Position numbers and translations under genes: made by a program
Shown here: one piece after another, positions 56,710 through 57,107 of the stretch
Layout: each line of letters opens with the position of its first letter
Numbering within the stretch: position 1 is the first letter of the stretch
Notes under the pieces: generated by a model
What the model was told of the DNA's origin: nothing
The model's input: the letters and a program-made list of their open reading frames with translations, nothing else
Database searches by the model: none
Assembly: GCA_964558455.1 (NCBI GenBank)
Contig: CAZLEE010000002.1
Coordinates: forward strand, 1 to 57,107
Direction of reading: 5' to 3'
From: an uncultured Verrucomicrobiota bacterium
GTDB lineage: Bacteria > Verrucomicrobiota > Verrucomicrobiia > Limisphaerales > Palsa-1400
Length of the DNA stretch: 57,107 bases

Positions 56710-57030
56710 TCAAATATCCCAAAATGCCAAAAATGTCCACAGTGCAACAATTAGAATAGCCTCCATTGTCCCCATGATTACAATTCTAGAGCGAGTCAAA
56801 TCGGTGTTCCGAGCCTTAACAAGTATAATTGCTGGTGCAAATGCCAAAGTTGTATAGGCCGTTATAAAAAGCACATCCGAGCCGTAGCCAGTTAGATTAC
56901 GGATAAAATGCTCCCAATTCTCAATTACGTCAATAATAAGAATGCTAAAAACCAACATGCCGGGGATGCAGCAAAGAATTGAACCAACGATTAAAACTTT
57001 TCTCATCCTTCTCTTTTTCGCGGCGGTCAT
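56710..57030 (-). CDS. Hypothetical small membrane protein in AT-rich DNA
   Basis: 106 aa with three hydrophobic segments. No family recognised. Confidence 0.55.
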   Translation of the reverse strand: MTAAKKRRMRKVLIVGSILCCIPGMLVFSILIIDVIENWEHFIRNLTGYGSDVLFITAYTTLAFAPAIILVKARNTDLTRSRIVIMGTMEAILIVALWTFLAFWDI

Positions 57031-57107
57031 GATTTATGCTGTCATATTAGGACCAATGCCGTATAGGAATTGGGGAGGGATTTGCGAAGTAACGTGCTGA
57101 TGGCCAG

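Noticed and set aside
1-57107. rRNA, tRNA, CRISPR arrays, prophage or integrase genes
   Set aside because: None recognised. Intergenic gaps are short and show no cloverleaf, rRNA signature or repeat-spacer array by eye.

Overview
About 57 kb of GC-rich bacterial chromosome. The gene content points to Verrucomicrobiota, probably Pedosphaera/Limisphaerales-like (inference). The left part is an accessory glycan and cell-surface region: a 5'-truncated GH27/36-like glycosidase, an AraC regulator, a 1,757-aa secreted autotransporter-repeat (PATR) protein with no beta-barrel, a pilin-like DUF1559/H-X9-DG-type protein, two ceramidase-fold proteins, a discoidin-containing clan GH-A hydrolase, and a Tat-exported Gfo/Idh/MocA oxidoreductase paired with a HEAT-repeat protein. 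Next come a tightly packed and very divergent ETF operon (Dph6-like ATPase, giant acyl-CoA dehydrogenase, FixC-FixX fusion, NAD(P)H:quinone oxidoreductase, EtfB, EtfA), a fused phosphomannose isomerase, an NBR1-Ig/amidase_6 protein, larB-larC, a second Tat oxidoreductase, an old yellow enzyme, a gluQ pseudogene, cls, hemW and fumC. A complete alternative complex III operon (actABCDEFG) follows and is extended by a cbb3-like module. The window ends with housekeeping genes (M20 peptidase, aroE, prepilin peptidase, aroC, dtd). The strongest signal is the CcoN-like subunit after actG. It keeps the fold but appears to have lost all three CuB ligands, the cross-linked Tyr, the heme b3 ligand and the K-channel residues, while its CcoO and cytochrome c partners are intact. 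This suggests a pseudo-oxidase module attached to ACIII rather than an O2 reductase. Other notable items are a C-terminal domain shared by two unrelated secreted proteins (candidate sorting signal), a 161-bp MITE whose ends coincide with stop codons, a likely sigma-54-driven small membrane protein and a pair of DnaA boxes. I saw no rRNA, tRNA or CRISPR array. Family assignments come from motif recognition and recalled consensus sequences, not database searches, so novelty is unverified.
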